A DNA stretch of 64,000 bases. Origin: Veleropilina oligotropha. Its lineage: Eukaryota. The position numbers and the translations under genes are program-made. The DNA lies in assembly GCA_048128005.1 (NCBI GenBank), contig JBEUKZ010000127.1, forward strand, positions 372,001 through 436,000, given 5' to 3'. Shown here piece after piece: positions 1 through 12,788 of this stretch. The notes below the pieces were generated by a model that saw only the letters and a program-made list of their open reading frames with translations, did not search any database and was not told where the DNA came from. Numbering within the stretch: the first letter of the stretch is position 1; each line of letters starts with the position of its first letter.

Positions 1-3000
1 CATGATTTTGTTTTAACCAACATATATTTAACGCACTGGCAACGATGCATACGGTCATTCGCCATATCATAATATTATTAATAACATATGAAATTTGTGT
101 ATCAGTTAAAATGTCATATATCCCGACGGGACTCGAACCCGCGATCCCTGAATACCGTCCAGGTGCTTTGACCACTAAGCTACGGGAACCGACGAAATAC
201 ATGGCATTGAAACTGATACAAGTGATGACCAGTTGCGGTCGGCACTGGCTTGTATGTATTTATTAGACAATTATATAGAAGGCATAACATGATTTTGTTT
301 TAACCAACATATATTTAACGCACTGGCAACGATGCATACGGTCATTCGCCATATCATAATATTATTAATAACATATGAAATTTGTGTATCAGTTAAAATG
401 TCATATATCCCGACGGGACTCGAACCCGCGATCCCTGAATACCGTCCAGGTGCTTTGACCACTAAGCTACGGGAACCGACGAAATACATGGCATTGAAAC
501 TGATACAAGTGATGACCAGTTGCGGTCGGCACTGGCTTGTATGTATTTATTAGACAATTATATAGAAGGCATAACATGATTTTGTTTTAACCAACATATA
601 TTTAACGCACTGGCAACGATGCATACGGTCATTCGCCATATCATAATATTATTAATAACATATGAAATTTGTGTATCAGTTAAAATGTCATATATCCCGA
701 CGGGACTCGAACCCGCGATCCCTGAATACCGTCCAGGTGCTTTGACCACTAAGCTACGGGAACCGACGAAATACATGGCATTGAAACTGATACAAGTGAT
801 GACCAGTTGCGGTCGGCACTGGCTTGTATGTATTTATTAGACAATTATATAGAAGGCATAACATGATTTTGTTTTAACCAACATATATTTAACGCACTGG
901 CAACGATGCATACGGTCATTCGCCATATCATAATATTATTAATAACATATGAAATTTGTGTATCAGTTAAAATGTCATATATCCCGACGGGACTCGAACC
1001 TGCGATCCCTGAATACCGTCCAGGTGCTTTGACCACTAAGCTACGGGAACCGACGAAATACATGGCATTGAAACTGATACAAGTGATGACCAGTTGCGGT
1101 CGGCACTGGCTTGTATGTATTTATTAGACAATTATATAGAAGGCCTAACATGATTTTGTTTTAACCAACATATATTTAACGCACTGGCAACGATGCATAC
1201 GGTCATTCGCCATATCATAATATTATTAATAACATATGAAATTTGTGTATCAGTTAAAATGTCATATATCCCGACGGGACTCGAACCCGCGATCCCTGAA
1301 TACCGTCCAGGTGCTTTGACCACTAAGCTACGGGAACCGACGAAATACATGGCATTGAAACTGATACAAGTGATGACCAGTTGCGGTCGGCACTGGCTTG
1401 TATGTATTTATTAGACAATTATATAGAAGGCATAACATGATTTTGTTTTAACCAACATATATTTAACGCACTGGCAACGATGCATACGGTCATTCGCCAT
1501 ATCATAATATTATTAATAACATATGAAATTTGTGTATCAGTTAAAATGTCATATATCCCGACGGGACTCGAACCCGCGATCCCTGAATACCGTCCAGGTG
1601 CTTTGACCACTAAGCTACGGGAACCGACGAAATACATGGCATTGAAACTGATACAAGTGATGACCAGTTGCGGTCGGCACTGGCTTGTATGTATTTATTA
1701 GACAATTATATAGAAGGCATAACATGATTTTGTTTTAACCAACATATATTTAACGCACTGGCAACGATGCATACGGTCATTCGCCATATCATAATATTAT
1801 TAATAACATATGAAATTTGTGTATCAGTTAAAATGTCATATATCCCGACGGGACTCGAACCCGCGATCCCTGAATACCGTCCAGGTGCTTTGACCACTAA
1901 GCTACGGGAACCGACGAAATACATGGCATTGAAACTGATACAAGTGATGACCAGTTGCGGTCGGCACTGGCTTGTATGTATTTATTAGACAATTATATAG
2001 AAGGCATAACATGATTTTGTTTTAACCAACATATATTTAACGCACTGGCAACGATGCATACGGTCATTCGCCATATCATAATATTATTAATAACATATGA
2101 AATTTGTGTATCAGTTAAAATGTCATATATCCCGACGGGACTCGAACCCGCGATCCCTGAATACCGTCCAGGTGCTTTGACCACTAAGCTACGGGAACCG
2201 ACGAAATACATGGCATTGAAACTGATACAAGTGATGACCAGTTGCGGTCGGCACTGGCTTGTATGTATTTATTAGACAATTATATAGAAGGCATAACATG
2301 ATTTTGTTTTAACCAACATATATTTAACGCACTGGCAACGATGCATACGGTCATTCGCCATATCATAATATTATTAATAACATATGAAATTTGTGTATCA
2401 GTTAAAATGTCATATATCCCGACGGGACTCGAACCCGCGATCCCTGAATACCGTCCAGGTGCTTTGACCACTAAGCTACGGGAACCGACGAAATACATGG
2501 CATTGAAACTGATACAAGTGATGACCAGTTGCGGTCGGCACTGGCTTGTATGTATTTATTAGACAATTATATAGAAGGCATAACATGATTTTGTTTTAAC
2601 CAACATATATTTAACGCACTGGCAACGATGCATACGGTCATTCGCCATATCATAATATTATTAATAACATATGAAATTTGTGTATCAGTTAAAATGTCAT
2701 ATATCCCGACGGGACTCGAACCCGCGATCCCTGAATACCGTCCAGGTGCTTTGACCACTAAGCTACGGGAACCGACGAAATACATGGCATTGAAACTGAT
2801 ACAAGTGATGACCAGTTGCGGTCGGCACTGGCTTGTATGTATTTATTAGACAATTATATAGAAGGCATAACATGATTTTGTTTTAACCAACATATATTTA
2901 ACGCACTGGCAACGATGCATACGGTCATTCGCCATATCATAATATTATTAATAACATATGAAATTTGTGTATCAGTTAAAATGTCATATATCCCGACGGG

Positions 3001-6000
3001 ACTCGAACCCGCGATCCCTGAATACCGTCCAGGTGCTTTGACCACTAAGCTACGGGAACCGACGAAATACATGGCATTGAAACTGATACAAGTGATGACC
3101 AGTTGCGGTCGGCACTGGCTTGTATGTATTTATTAGACAATTATATAGAAGGCATAACATGATTTTGTTTTAACCAACATATATTTAACGCACTGGCAAC
3201 GATGCATACGGTCATTCGCCATATCATAATATTATTAATAACATATGAAATTTGTGTATCAGTTAAAATGTCATATATCCCGACGGGACTCGAACCCGCG
3301 ATCCCTGAATACCGTCCAGGTGCTTTGACCACTAAGCTACGGGAACCGACGAAATACATGGCATTGAAACTGATACAAGTGATGACCAGTTGCGGTCGGC
3401 ACTGGCTTGTATGTATTTATTAGACAATTATATAGAAGGCATAACATGATTTTGTTTTAACCAACATATATTTAACGCACTGGCAATGATGCATACGGTC
3501 ATTCGCCATATCATAATATTATTAATAACATATGAAATTTGTGTATCAGTTAAAATGTCATATATCCCGACGGGACTCGAACCCGCGATCCCTGAATACC
3601 GTCCAGGTGCTTTGACCACTAAGCTACGGGAACCGACGAAATACATGGCATTGAAACTGATACAAGTGATGACCAGTTGCGGTCGGCACTGGCTTGTATG
3701 TATTTATTAGACAATTATATAGAAGGCATAACATGATTTTGTTTTAACCAACATATATTTAACGCACTGGCAACGATGCATACGGTCATTCGCCATATCA
3801 TAATATTATTAATAACATATGAAATTTGTGTATCAGTTAAAATGTCATATATCCCGACGGGACTCGAACCCGCGATCCCTGAATACCGTCCAGGTGCTTT
3901 GACCACTAAGCTACGGGAACCGACGAAATACATGGCATTGAAACTGATACAAGTGATGACCAGTTGCGGTCGGCACTGGCTTGTATGTATTTATTAGACA
4001 ATTATATAGAAGGCATAACATGATTTTGTTTTAACCAACATATATTTAACGCACTGGCAACGATGCATACGGTCATTCGCCATATCATAATATTATTAAT
4101 AACATATGAAATTTGTGTATCAGTTAAAATGTCATATATCCCGACGGGACTCGAACCCGCGATCCCTGAATACCGTCCAGGTGCTTTGACCACTAAGCTA
4201 CGGGAACCGACGAAATACATGGCATTGAAACTGATACAAGTGATGACCAGTTGCGGTCGGCACTGGCTTGTATGTATTTATTAGACAATTATATAGAAGG
4301 CATAACATGATTTTGTTTTAACCAACATATATTTAACGCACTGGCAACGATGCATACGGTCATTCGCCATATCATAATATTATTAATAACATATGAAATT
4401 TGTGTATCAGTTAAAATGTCATATATCCCGACGGGACTCGAACCCGCGATCCCTGAATACCGTCCAGGTGCTTTGACCACTAAGCTACGGGAACCGACGA
4501 AATACATGGCATTGAAACTGATACAAGTGATGACCAGTTGCGGTCGGCACTGGCTTGTATGTATTTATTAGACAATTATATAGAAGGCATAACATGATTT
4601 TGTTTTAACCAACATATATTTAACGCACTGGCAACGATGCATATGGTCATTCGCCATATCATAATATTATTAATAACATATGAAATTTGTGTATCAGTTA
4701 AAATGTCATATATCCCGACGGGACTCGAACCCGCGATCCCTGAATACCGTCCAGGTGCTTTGACCACTAAGCTACGGGAACCGACGAAATACATGGCATT
4801 GAAACTGATACAAGTGATGACCAGTTGCGGTCGGCACTGGCTTGTATGTATTTATTAGACAATTATATAGAAGGCATAACATGATTTTGTTTTAACCAAC
4901 ATATATTTAACGCACTGGCAACGATGCATACGGTCATTCGCCATATCATAATATTATTAATAACATATGAAATTTGTGTATCAGTTAAAATGTCATATAT
5001 CCCGACGGGACTCGAACCCGCGATCCCTGAATACCGTCCAGGTGCTTTGACCACTAAGCTACGGGAACCGACGAAATACATGGCATTGAAACTGATACAA
5101 GTGATGACCAGTTGCGGTCGGCACTGGCTTGTATGTATTTATTAGACAATTATATAGAAGGCATAACATGATTTTGTTTTAACCAACATATATTTAACGC
5201 ACTGGCAACGATGCATACGGTCATTCGCCATATCATAATATTATTAATAACATATGAAATTTGTGTATCAGTTAAAATGTCATATATCCCGACGGGACTC
5301 GAACCCGCGATCCCTGAATACCGTCCAGGTGCTTTGACCACTAAGCTACGGGAACCGACGAAATACATGGCATTGAAACTGATACAAGTGATGACCAGTT
5401 GCGGTCGGCACTGGCTTGTATGTATTTATTAGACAATTATATAGAAGGCATAACATGATTTTGTTTTAACCAACATATATTTAACGCACTGGCAACGATG
5501 CATACGGTCATTCGCCATATCATAATATTATTAATAACATATGAAATTTGTGTATCAGTTAAAATGTCATATATCCCGACGGGACTCGAACCCGCGATCC
5601 CTGAATACCGTCCAGGTGCTTTGACCACTAAGCTACGGGAACCGACGAAATACATGGCATTGAAACTGATACAAGTGATGACCAGTTGCGGTCGGCACTG
5701 GCTTGTATGTATTTATTAGACAATTATATAGAAGGCATAACATGATTTTGTTTTAACCAACATATATTTAACGCACTGGCAACGATGCATACGGTCATTC
5801 GCCATATCATAATATTATTAATAACATATGAAATTTGTGTATCAGTTAAAATGTCATATATCCCGACGGGACTCGAACCCGCGATCCCTGAATACCGTCC
5901 AGGTGCTTTGACCACTAAGCTACGGGAACCGACGAAATACATGGCATTGAAACTGATACAAGTGATGACCAGTTGCGGTCGGCACTGGCTTGTATGTATT

Positions 6001-7563
6001 TATTAGACAATTATATAGAAGGCATAACATGATTTTGTTTTAACCAACATATATTTAACGCACTGGCAACGATGCATACGGTCATTCGCCATATCATAAT
6101 ATTATTAATAACATATGAAATTTGTGTATCAGTTAAAATGTCATATATCCCGACGGGACTCGAACCCGCGATCCCTGAATACCGTCCAGGTGCTTTGACC
6201 ACTAAGCTACGGGAACCGACGAAATACATGGCATTGAAACTGATACAAGTGATGACCAGTTGCGGTCGGCACTGGCTTGTATGTATTTATTAGACAATTA
6301 TATAGAAGGCATAACATGATTTTGTTTTAACCAACATATATTTAACGCACTGGCAACGATGCATACGGTCATTCGCCATATCATAATATTATTAATAACA
6401 TATGAAATTTGTGTATCAGTTAAAATGTCATATATCCCGACGGGACTCGAACCCGCGATCCCTGAATACCGTCCAGGTGCTTTGACCACTAAGCTACGGG
6501 AACCGACGAAATACATGGCATTGAAACTGATACAAGTGATGACCAGTTGCGGTCGGCACTGGCTTGTATGTATTTATTAGACAATTATATAGAAGGCATA
6601 ACATGATTTTGTTTTAACCAACATATATTTAACGCACTGGCAACGATGCATACGGTCATTCGCCATATCATAATATTATTAATAACATATGAAATTTGTG
6701 TATCAGTTAAAATGTCATATATCCCGACGGGACTCGAACCCGCGATCCCTGAATACCGTCCAGGTGCTTTGACCACTAAGCTACGGGAACCGACGAAATA
6801 CATGGCATTGAAACTGATACAAGTGATGACCAGTTGCGGTCGGCACTGGCTTGTATGTATTTATTAGACAATTATATAGAAGGCATAACATGATTTTGTT
6901 TTAACCAACATATATTTAACGCACTGGCAACGATGCATACGGTCATTCGCCATATCATAATATTATTAATAACATATGAAATTTGTGTATCAGTTAAAAT
7001 GTCATATATCCCGACGGGACTCGAACCCGCGATCCCTGAATACCGTCCAGGTGCTTTGACCACTAAGCTACGGGAACCGACGAAATACATGGCATTGAAA
7101 CTGATACAAGTGATGACCAGTTGCGGTCGGCACTGGCTTGTATGTATTTATTAGACAATTATATAGAAGGCATAACATGATTTTGTTTTAACCAACATAT
7201 ATTTAACGCACTGGCAACGATGCATACGGTCATTCGCCATATCATAATATTATTAATAACATATGAAATTTGTGTATCAGTTAAAATGTCATATATCCCG
7301 ACGGGACTCGAACCCGCGATCCCTGAATACCGTCCAGGTGCTTTGACCACTAAGCTACGGGAACCGACGAAATACATGGCATTGAAACTGATACAAGTGA
7401 TGACCAGTTGCGGTTGGCACTGGCTTGTATGTATTTATTAGACAATTATATAGAAGGCATAACATGATTTTGTTTTAACCAACATATATTTAACGCACTG
7501 GCAACGATGCATACGGTCATTCGCCATATCATAATATTATTAATAACATATGAAATTTGTGTA
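1..7563. repeat. 287-bp tandem repeat (satellite), 26 full units plus a partial unit, starting at the window edge
   Basis: Identical ORFs recur at an exact 287-bp period (45, 332 ... 7220, 7507). I saw only five substitutions (1001, 1145, 3487, 4644, 7415). The array ends at a (TA)/(TATG) microsatellite. Confidence 0.99.
118..189 (-). ncRNA. tRNA-like Pol III cassette (first of 26 copies, one per 287-bp unit; last at 7293-7364); nominal anticodon GGT but non-canonical
   Basis: Minus strand reads GTTCCCG TA GCTT AGTGGTCA AAGC A CCTGG ACGGTAT TCAGG GATC GCGGG TTCGAGT CCCGT CGGGATA T. D, anticodon and T arms pair. A box TAGCTTAGTGG and B box GGTTCGAGTCC are present, with TTTT just downstream (108-111). 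The top two acceptor pairs are mismatched and the loop lacks U33, so it is probably not a translating tRNA. Confidence 0.8.
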
Positions 7564-7566
7564 CAC

Positions 7567-7615
<49 letters not shown>

Positions 7616-7755
7616 TGTATGCATGTATGTATGTATGTATATATGTTTGTATGTATGTATGCATGTATGTATGTATGTATGTATATGTATGGATGCATGC
7701 ATGCATGCATGCGTGCGTGCATGCATGTATGTATGTATATTATATATATATATTT
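7564..7755. repeat. compound microsatellite (TA)n/(TATG)n/(TGCA)n
   Basis: Directly visible; abuts the end of the 287-bp array. Confidence 0.97.
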
Positions 7756-8030
7756 ATCACAATACTAACAATAGTAGTCAATATTTCAACGCCATAAAAA
7801 CGTCTACGTGGATAATCAAGTGCAGTGATCACATTGAATTTGACAACACCACAATTTTATAATAATTAGAGCGTTCCTATTATATGCATATGATGAAACG
7901 CCGGCTATTCTTAATAAAAGTATGTACACTGGTGGCTATTTCTTGATTTCTGATAGTAGATAAATTGCAATCACCAAATAGGAGAGCATTATTATCAATA
8001 TGGGTACAGTTTAAGGAATGAAGCATTTGC

Positions 8031-9521
8031 CTTCTTTCTTCTGTTTATTTATTACAAGAAAGAAAGTAGTGTTCGGTCTTCGGTTAGATATCCACATGAA
8101 CAACTTGCATTTTCAATATTGTGACTATTAAACAGGCCGGCATTTAAAGAGCTGCATCGGTGACGTAATTTTAGGTATAATACCTCAACACATCTAGATT
8201 TACAATTGTATGAGTCTAAAGGTTAAATATTAGCCCTTATTAATTGTTTAAATTCTTGTAGTGAATTAGCATTTCTTGTTGTTAAGTCAAGATCATTCCA
8301 GAGTTTAATTTCTGAGGGAAAGAAAGATTTCCGACTTTGTTCTAATCTTAATGGGATATTTGAGAAATTTTCGCTGTTTCTGAGCGCATATCTAGATATA
8401 TTTACTACCCGAGGGGGTACAAGTTGCTTTAAAAAATCAAGAGCATTTCCCTTTATAATATTGTATAAAGTACATAATTCAATGACATTTCTACGTGTAG
8501 CAAGAGTTCCAAACCAGTACCTCTATGTAAAGCTGGAATAGGTGTGTACAATCCGGTAATGGTCCGCATTGCTTCATTTTGAAGAACTTCAAGTTTATTA
8601 CAGTCTGTTTCTGATAATCTGATCGATACTGCTGCGCTGTATTCTAATACTGGTCTGATGTACGTTTTATAAATATGCAATAGCTTGCATTTATTAAGGA
8701 TGAATTTTAATTTTCTCATTACTGATAATTTCCTTTGTGTGGAACTAATCATGTTTACGTGCTTTGTCCATTTTGCGGACGATAAAAAGGTAAGACCAAG
8801 GTGTTTGTGGTCATGTCATTTGTAAATGCCACTGGCGTCTGGTCGAATAACAAGCTTGGTAGTAAATCTTGTCTATTTGTTATGAGCATTGCTTCAGTTT
8901 TGTTAGGGTTACATTTGACTAACCACTGTTTCGACCATTGTAAAACGGAGTTCAGATCACTATTTATTACATCTTGCAAATGTAACATGTTATTGGAAGA
9001 TTTAAATAATGATGTATCATCTGCGAAGAGTCGAATGTTACTGTGTATACCGTTTGGTATATCGTTTACATAAACTAAAAAGAGTAGGGGCCCCAACACT
9101 GACCCTTGGGGAACACCCGATGATAGATATAGAGTGTTCGACGTATCAGAGTTTAATCTTACAAGTTGTTTCCTACATGATAGATAATTTTCAAGCCATT
9201 CTAACAATAATCCGCTTATACCAATTTGCTTCAGTTTATAAAGTAGACCCTTGTGCCAAAATCGGTCAAATACTTTCGAAATGTCGAAGAAGACAAAGCA
9301 GGTGTGCTCATTATCTTCTAGAGTGTTCATGATATTATGATATATTTCACGTTGGCTGAAAACCACTTTGAAATTGATATAATAGCTTGTCTTAGAAAAT
9401 AATGATGAATATTCTTGTGAACGATTCTTTCTATAATTTTTCCTAAACAGCTAAGTAGTGATATATAGGTCGATAATTGGTTATGCAAATGTTGCATCTG
9501 CCGCATCACCCTAATTAACAT
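8031..9521 (-). mobile_element. 5'-truncated, decayed non-LTR retrotransposon (CR1/L2-group reverse transcriptase)
   Basis: Frameshifted ORFs contain ISLLSCLGKIIERI, FFDISKVFD, GVPQGSVLGPLLFLVYVND, LFADDT and YKTYIRPVLEY. AATAAA plus a simple-repeat tail lies near 8031-8050 on the minus strand. Confidence 0.92.
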
Positions 9522-9980
9522 ATTGAATAATTCATACGTGTTGCCTTGTCCTCTGCTGACAAAACAGAGACGTCTGAGATATTAACAAATTATCGGACTA
9601 TTTTTATTGGCGTACGTGTGTATTTTGGCGTGGCACGTGCTGTCGAGGGGTGATGCGTCTGAGGCAGGCCATTCTATGAATGAAAATACTAATAGAAATC
9701 AATTTAAAAACGTAAAGAATTCAGTTTAAAAACGTACAAAATAAAATATATATTTTGTGTCCCACAATGAAAAGTAACCCAGCTCCGCCGTTGGATTACT
9801 ATATAAGGATTTTATTTAAACAACTTCACTATTTGCTTCTAATTTTTCAAATAACAAATAATGATGCTGCAGTTTTAAGTACCATAAACTAATTTTATAA
9901 GTTTTGCCATTTCCTTATTTGGATAAATTAGACAAAAATTGTTTTACTATAATCATTTCTAATATGATAATTTTCCGCAG

Positions 9981-12144
9981 CGATAAAAAGCCGACCTGGA
10001 CAATGTCGTATTCATGTGCGGCATTCTTTGGTTCACTTCTAGTAAAATAAAAAATATTGGGCGAACTTTATATGTTTTGACCAATAATTAACGAATGTGA
10101 AAAAATCAAGAGCGGCCCCATCCCTCTATTGAACCCACCACCACCCTGCCCGTATGTTGCACATAACGACTATCTTATTGCAGCCCTCCCGACATGTGGA
10201 TCGGTCTGACTTACGAAGCAGACGACAAACACCACTGGCTGGACGACGAACTTCTCGGTTGGAAAATTTGGGATTTAGAACAGCCGGATTTATTAGACAC
10301 TCGATAATGTGTGGAGTCTCAATACGTTAAAGACCAATGGAAAAGCAAAGATTGTAAGGACGCGATTGCCACTATTTGTCAAAGTTCCATCTTACTACAC
10401 TAATGTCAGCAGGTATGCTGCAACGCTATATTCGCAGAACGCATCGGTCACTCCATTGGGCGATAAGATTTTCTGTTCATTATCTATAAAATTTCCATTA
10501 AATCCCGTAAATGTATGAATCATGAAAACGTTGATGTTGCTGCCATATCAACAGCGAGTATCCTAAAACTGTGGATATAATTGTGTGCACACATACTTAA
10601 ATCACCTTAGTTTTTCATTATAACACCGTTTAGGGTCATATCAGAACATGGTCATTTTATCATGGGACGAAACCCAAGTTTTCCCCGAAAATCCCATCGG
10701 CACTGGCTAGTTATGGACAAGTGTGACCACTCATTGCACAAAGTGCGCACCTGTTACGTAATAACAGTCAGGCGAGGGAATTGTGAGCCACGCATTTATT
10801 TAGAAACGATGCGGATTCTGAACAATTATCAGGATTTAGATTTGGTAATGAAATTTTGTAACATTTTTATGTGATTTTTTTTATTATGCGTCCGAAGCCG
10901 GCGTTTTTACAACTTTGAGCTCTTACGCTGTCGATCCAACAAAGGACGGTGATGTACTCCTCGTTAAACATTATTGTTTTTATTTAGTTCACATGTTAGG
11001 TTTCTAACCAACTGGCAAAACGTTTGCATACCGAATGCGACGGTTGGTGTTGCAATAGTACAATCGCATTGCAGTTCCGTAGCATCGATTCAGACTTTAT
11101 ACACTTTAACCTGTGTGTTCTGTATGGTTTTATCTCATTTTAATGATTCTTTAATTTGTTTTATTGACGTTAATTGCCATATCACACCAACAATGTCCGG
11201 CGCTTTTTCGGTACCTCCCAACAGCTCCGGCTTTTACTCAACTTTGTAAATCCGGTTTTTCATCTCCTTTAAATCGAATGCTACCAGTACGTTTTCATTC
11301 ATATTATGAATAAAAACAATATTCAATTCTATATTTTCAACGATTAGCGAACCCTGCTTACCTAACCCTAATTCAATTCTATATTTTCAACGATTAGCGA
11401 ACCCTGCTTGCCTAACCATAATGCCATACAGGGCAACATTGTACTTTATTTGGAAATTGACAAGGCAGACAATACGCGGAGTGTGAAAATTTAAGACGAA
11501 TACAAGCCGGAGCTCCTTAAATATGTATAAAAGCCGGATCTGTGGGGAAGTACCGAAAGAGCACCCAATGTCCATATTGAGATTTATCCTTATATTATTA
11601 TTATTGGAGGGAAACCGGCCTCTTCGGCTGAATCCACCCGCTCCGGCCACTAATGGACAATAGTGGCTGCTATGCTTCACAGCTACCGAAGGGAGTATTC
11701 GAAAACACTGTTGTGAAGCATTGCAACCAGGCGAGTGAATTGGAAGCCACAGTTTTATCCACCAGACCATCAACCGGCTCCTCATTAAAATGAAACACTT
11801 TTATTGCGACAATAAGACCAATAATAATAATAAATTGCATTGTTTATATCTTACATATTTAAACCGGAAATCCATTAAATACAATTCATTGAACATTATG
11901 TGTATTGCTTCGCTCCATAGGTGGAATATACGTCCTTGGACAAACCGACCAACTGCCAGAATCCGGATTATCCTAGACGATTGTCGACCGGAGCCCAGTT
12001 GGATGTGCCGTGGAATGTGTGAAAGTAAATTGCACACTGTTTGCGGAGGATCAAGATTTGGCGTGCGGTTTATATATCATCACAACCCTGTCGGCCGCCT
12101 GGGTTCCGGCTACAGGCGTGCGAGTGTTTAATTCCCAGGCCTAG
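9981..12144 (+). pseudogene. decayed C-type lectin domain + PAN/Apple-like domain gene
   Basis: Putative exon from 9981 (after ttttccgcag) gives KKPTWTMSYSCAAFFGSLLVK*. Exon 10184-10412 (ttgcag...AG/gtatg) gives MWIGLTYE, a frameshift, then HWLDDELLGWKIWDLEQPD...R*CVESQYVKDQWKSKDCKDAIATICQ (WIGL, QPD, W..C..IC motifs; TAA 10305-10307). Exon 11921-12144 gives SPVGCAVECVKVNCTLFAEDQDLACGLY (PAN-like Cys pattern; TAG 11974-11976). Confidence 0.72.
11206..11558. mobile_element. MITE-like element with ~31-bp terminal inverted repeats
   Basis: Left tttcggtacctcccaacagctccggctttta matches the reverse complement of right taaaagccggatctgtggggaagtaccgaaa. There is an internal 50-bp direct duplication containing cctaaccctaa. 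Confidence 0.75.
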
Positions 12145-12788
12145 TGAATAAGTATTGATCATACTGTATGAAAATACACATACATGTAGAAGATTGATTT
12201 TCAGGGGAATGGAAATAAACCAAGAACGACCTGTTCGGAAGATGTCATATGTTGTATTTTCTTTAATGCCGTTATTTTCAGAATTATAATGTCGTTTATT
12301 GCGTAGATCAAAATTCGCGAAATATTTGTAATCCTGGTGTTCACGTATTCCATGATTTCGTAATGGTCATATATTCAAACGTGGTTCTGTTGTCGACAAT
12401 AAACAATTGTCTAAATACCACACCAAACACTGTCGTGTTCCCATCATTACTTCCTCTTGCGAGTTTCAATATGAGATTCATCCGTGACAATAAAAATCAA
12501 CTCAATGAATTGGCTATAAATATTTCAAATTGAATGGCGAGATTATTTGCTTTTTTGTCATCGGAGAGGTGGTTTATACGGTAAAAGCACATTCGACTTC
12601 ATTCTATATTATTTACTATTTAACTGTCATCGATAGCAATATTGATAGAGAGTTGAAAAAAACATAGGACGGTAGGATGTGGGGTCGATTCCCGCTCCGG
12701 TGAGGCTTATTATAACGCTTAAAACCAATACAAGGCAATAATTATATGCTCTATATAATTGTCGGTCGGATAGGAGTGATACCTTTAA

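Noticed and set aside
118..189. Functional tRNA-Thr(GGT) gene cluster
   Set aside because: No U33, purine at 32, two terminal acceptor mismatches, and GGT is atypical for eukaryotic cytosolic Thr tRNA. Kept as tRNA-like only.
45..7441. 72/73-aa ORFs repeated on both strands
   Set aside because: By-products of the 287-bp satellite. They overlap the tRNA-like cassette on both strands and show no domain features.
7446..7862. YIHT/MYVC-rich ORFs (also at 18087-18370 and 37980-38204)
   Set aside because: Microsatellite translations.
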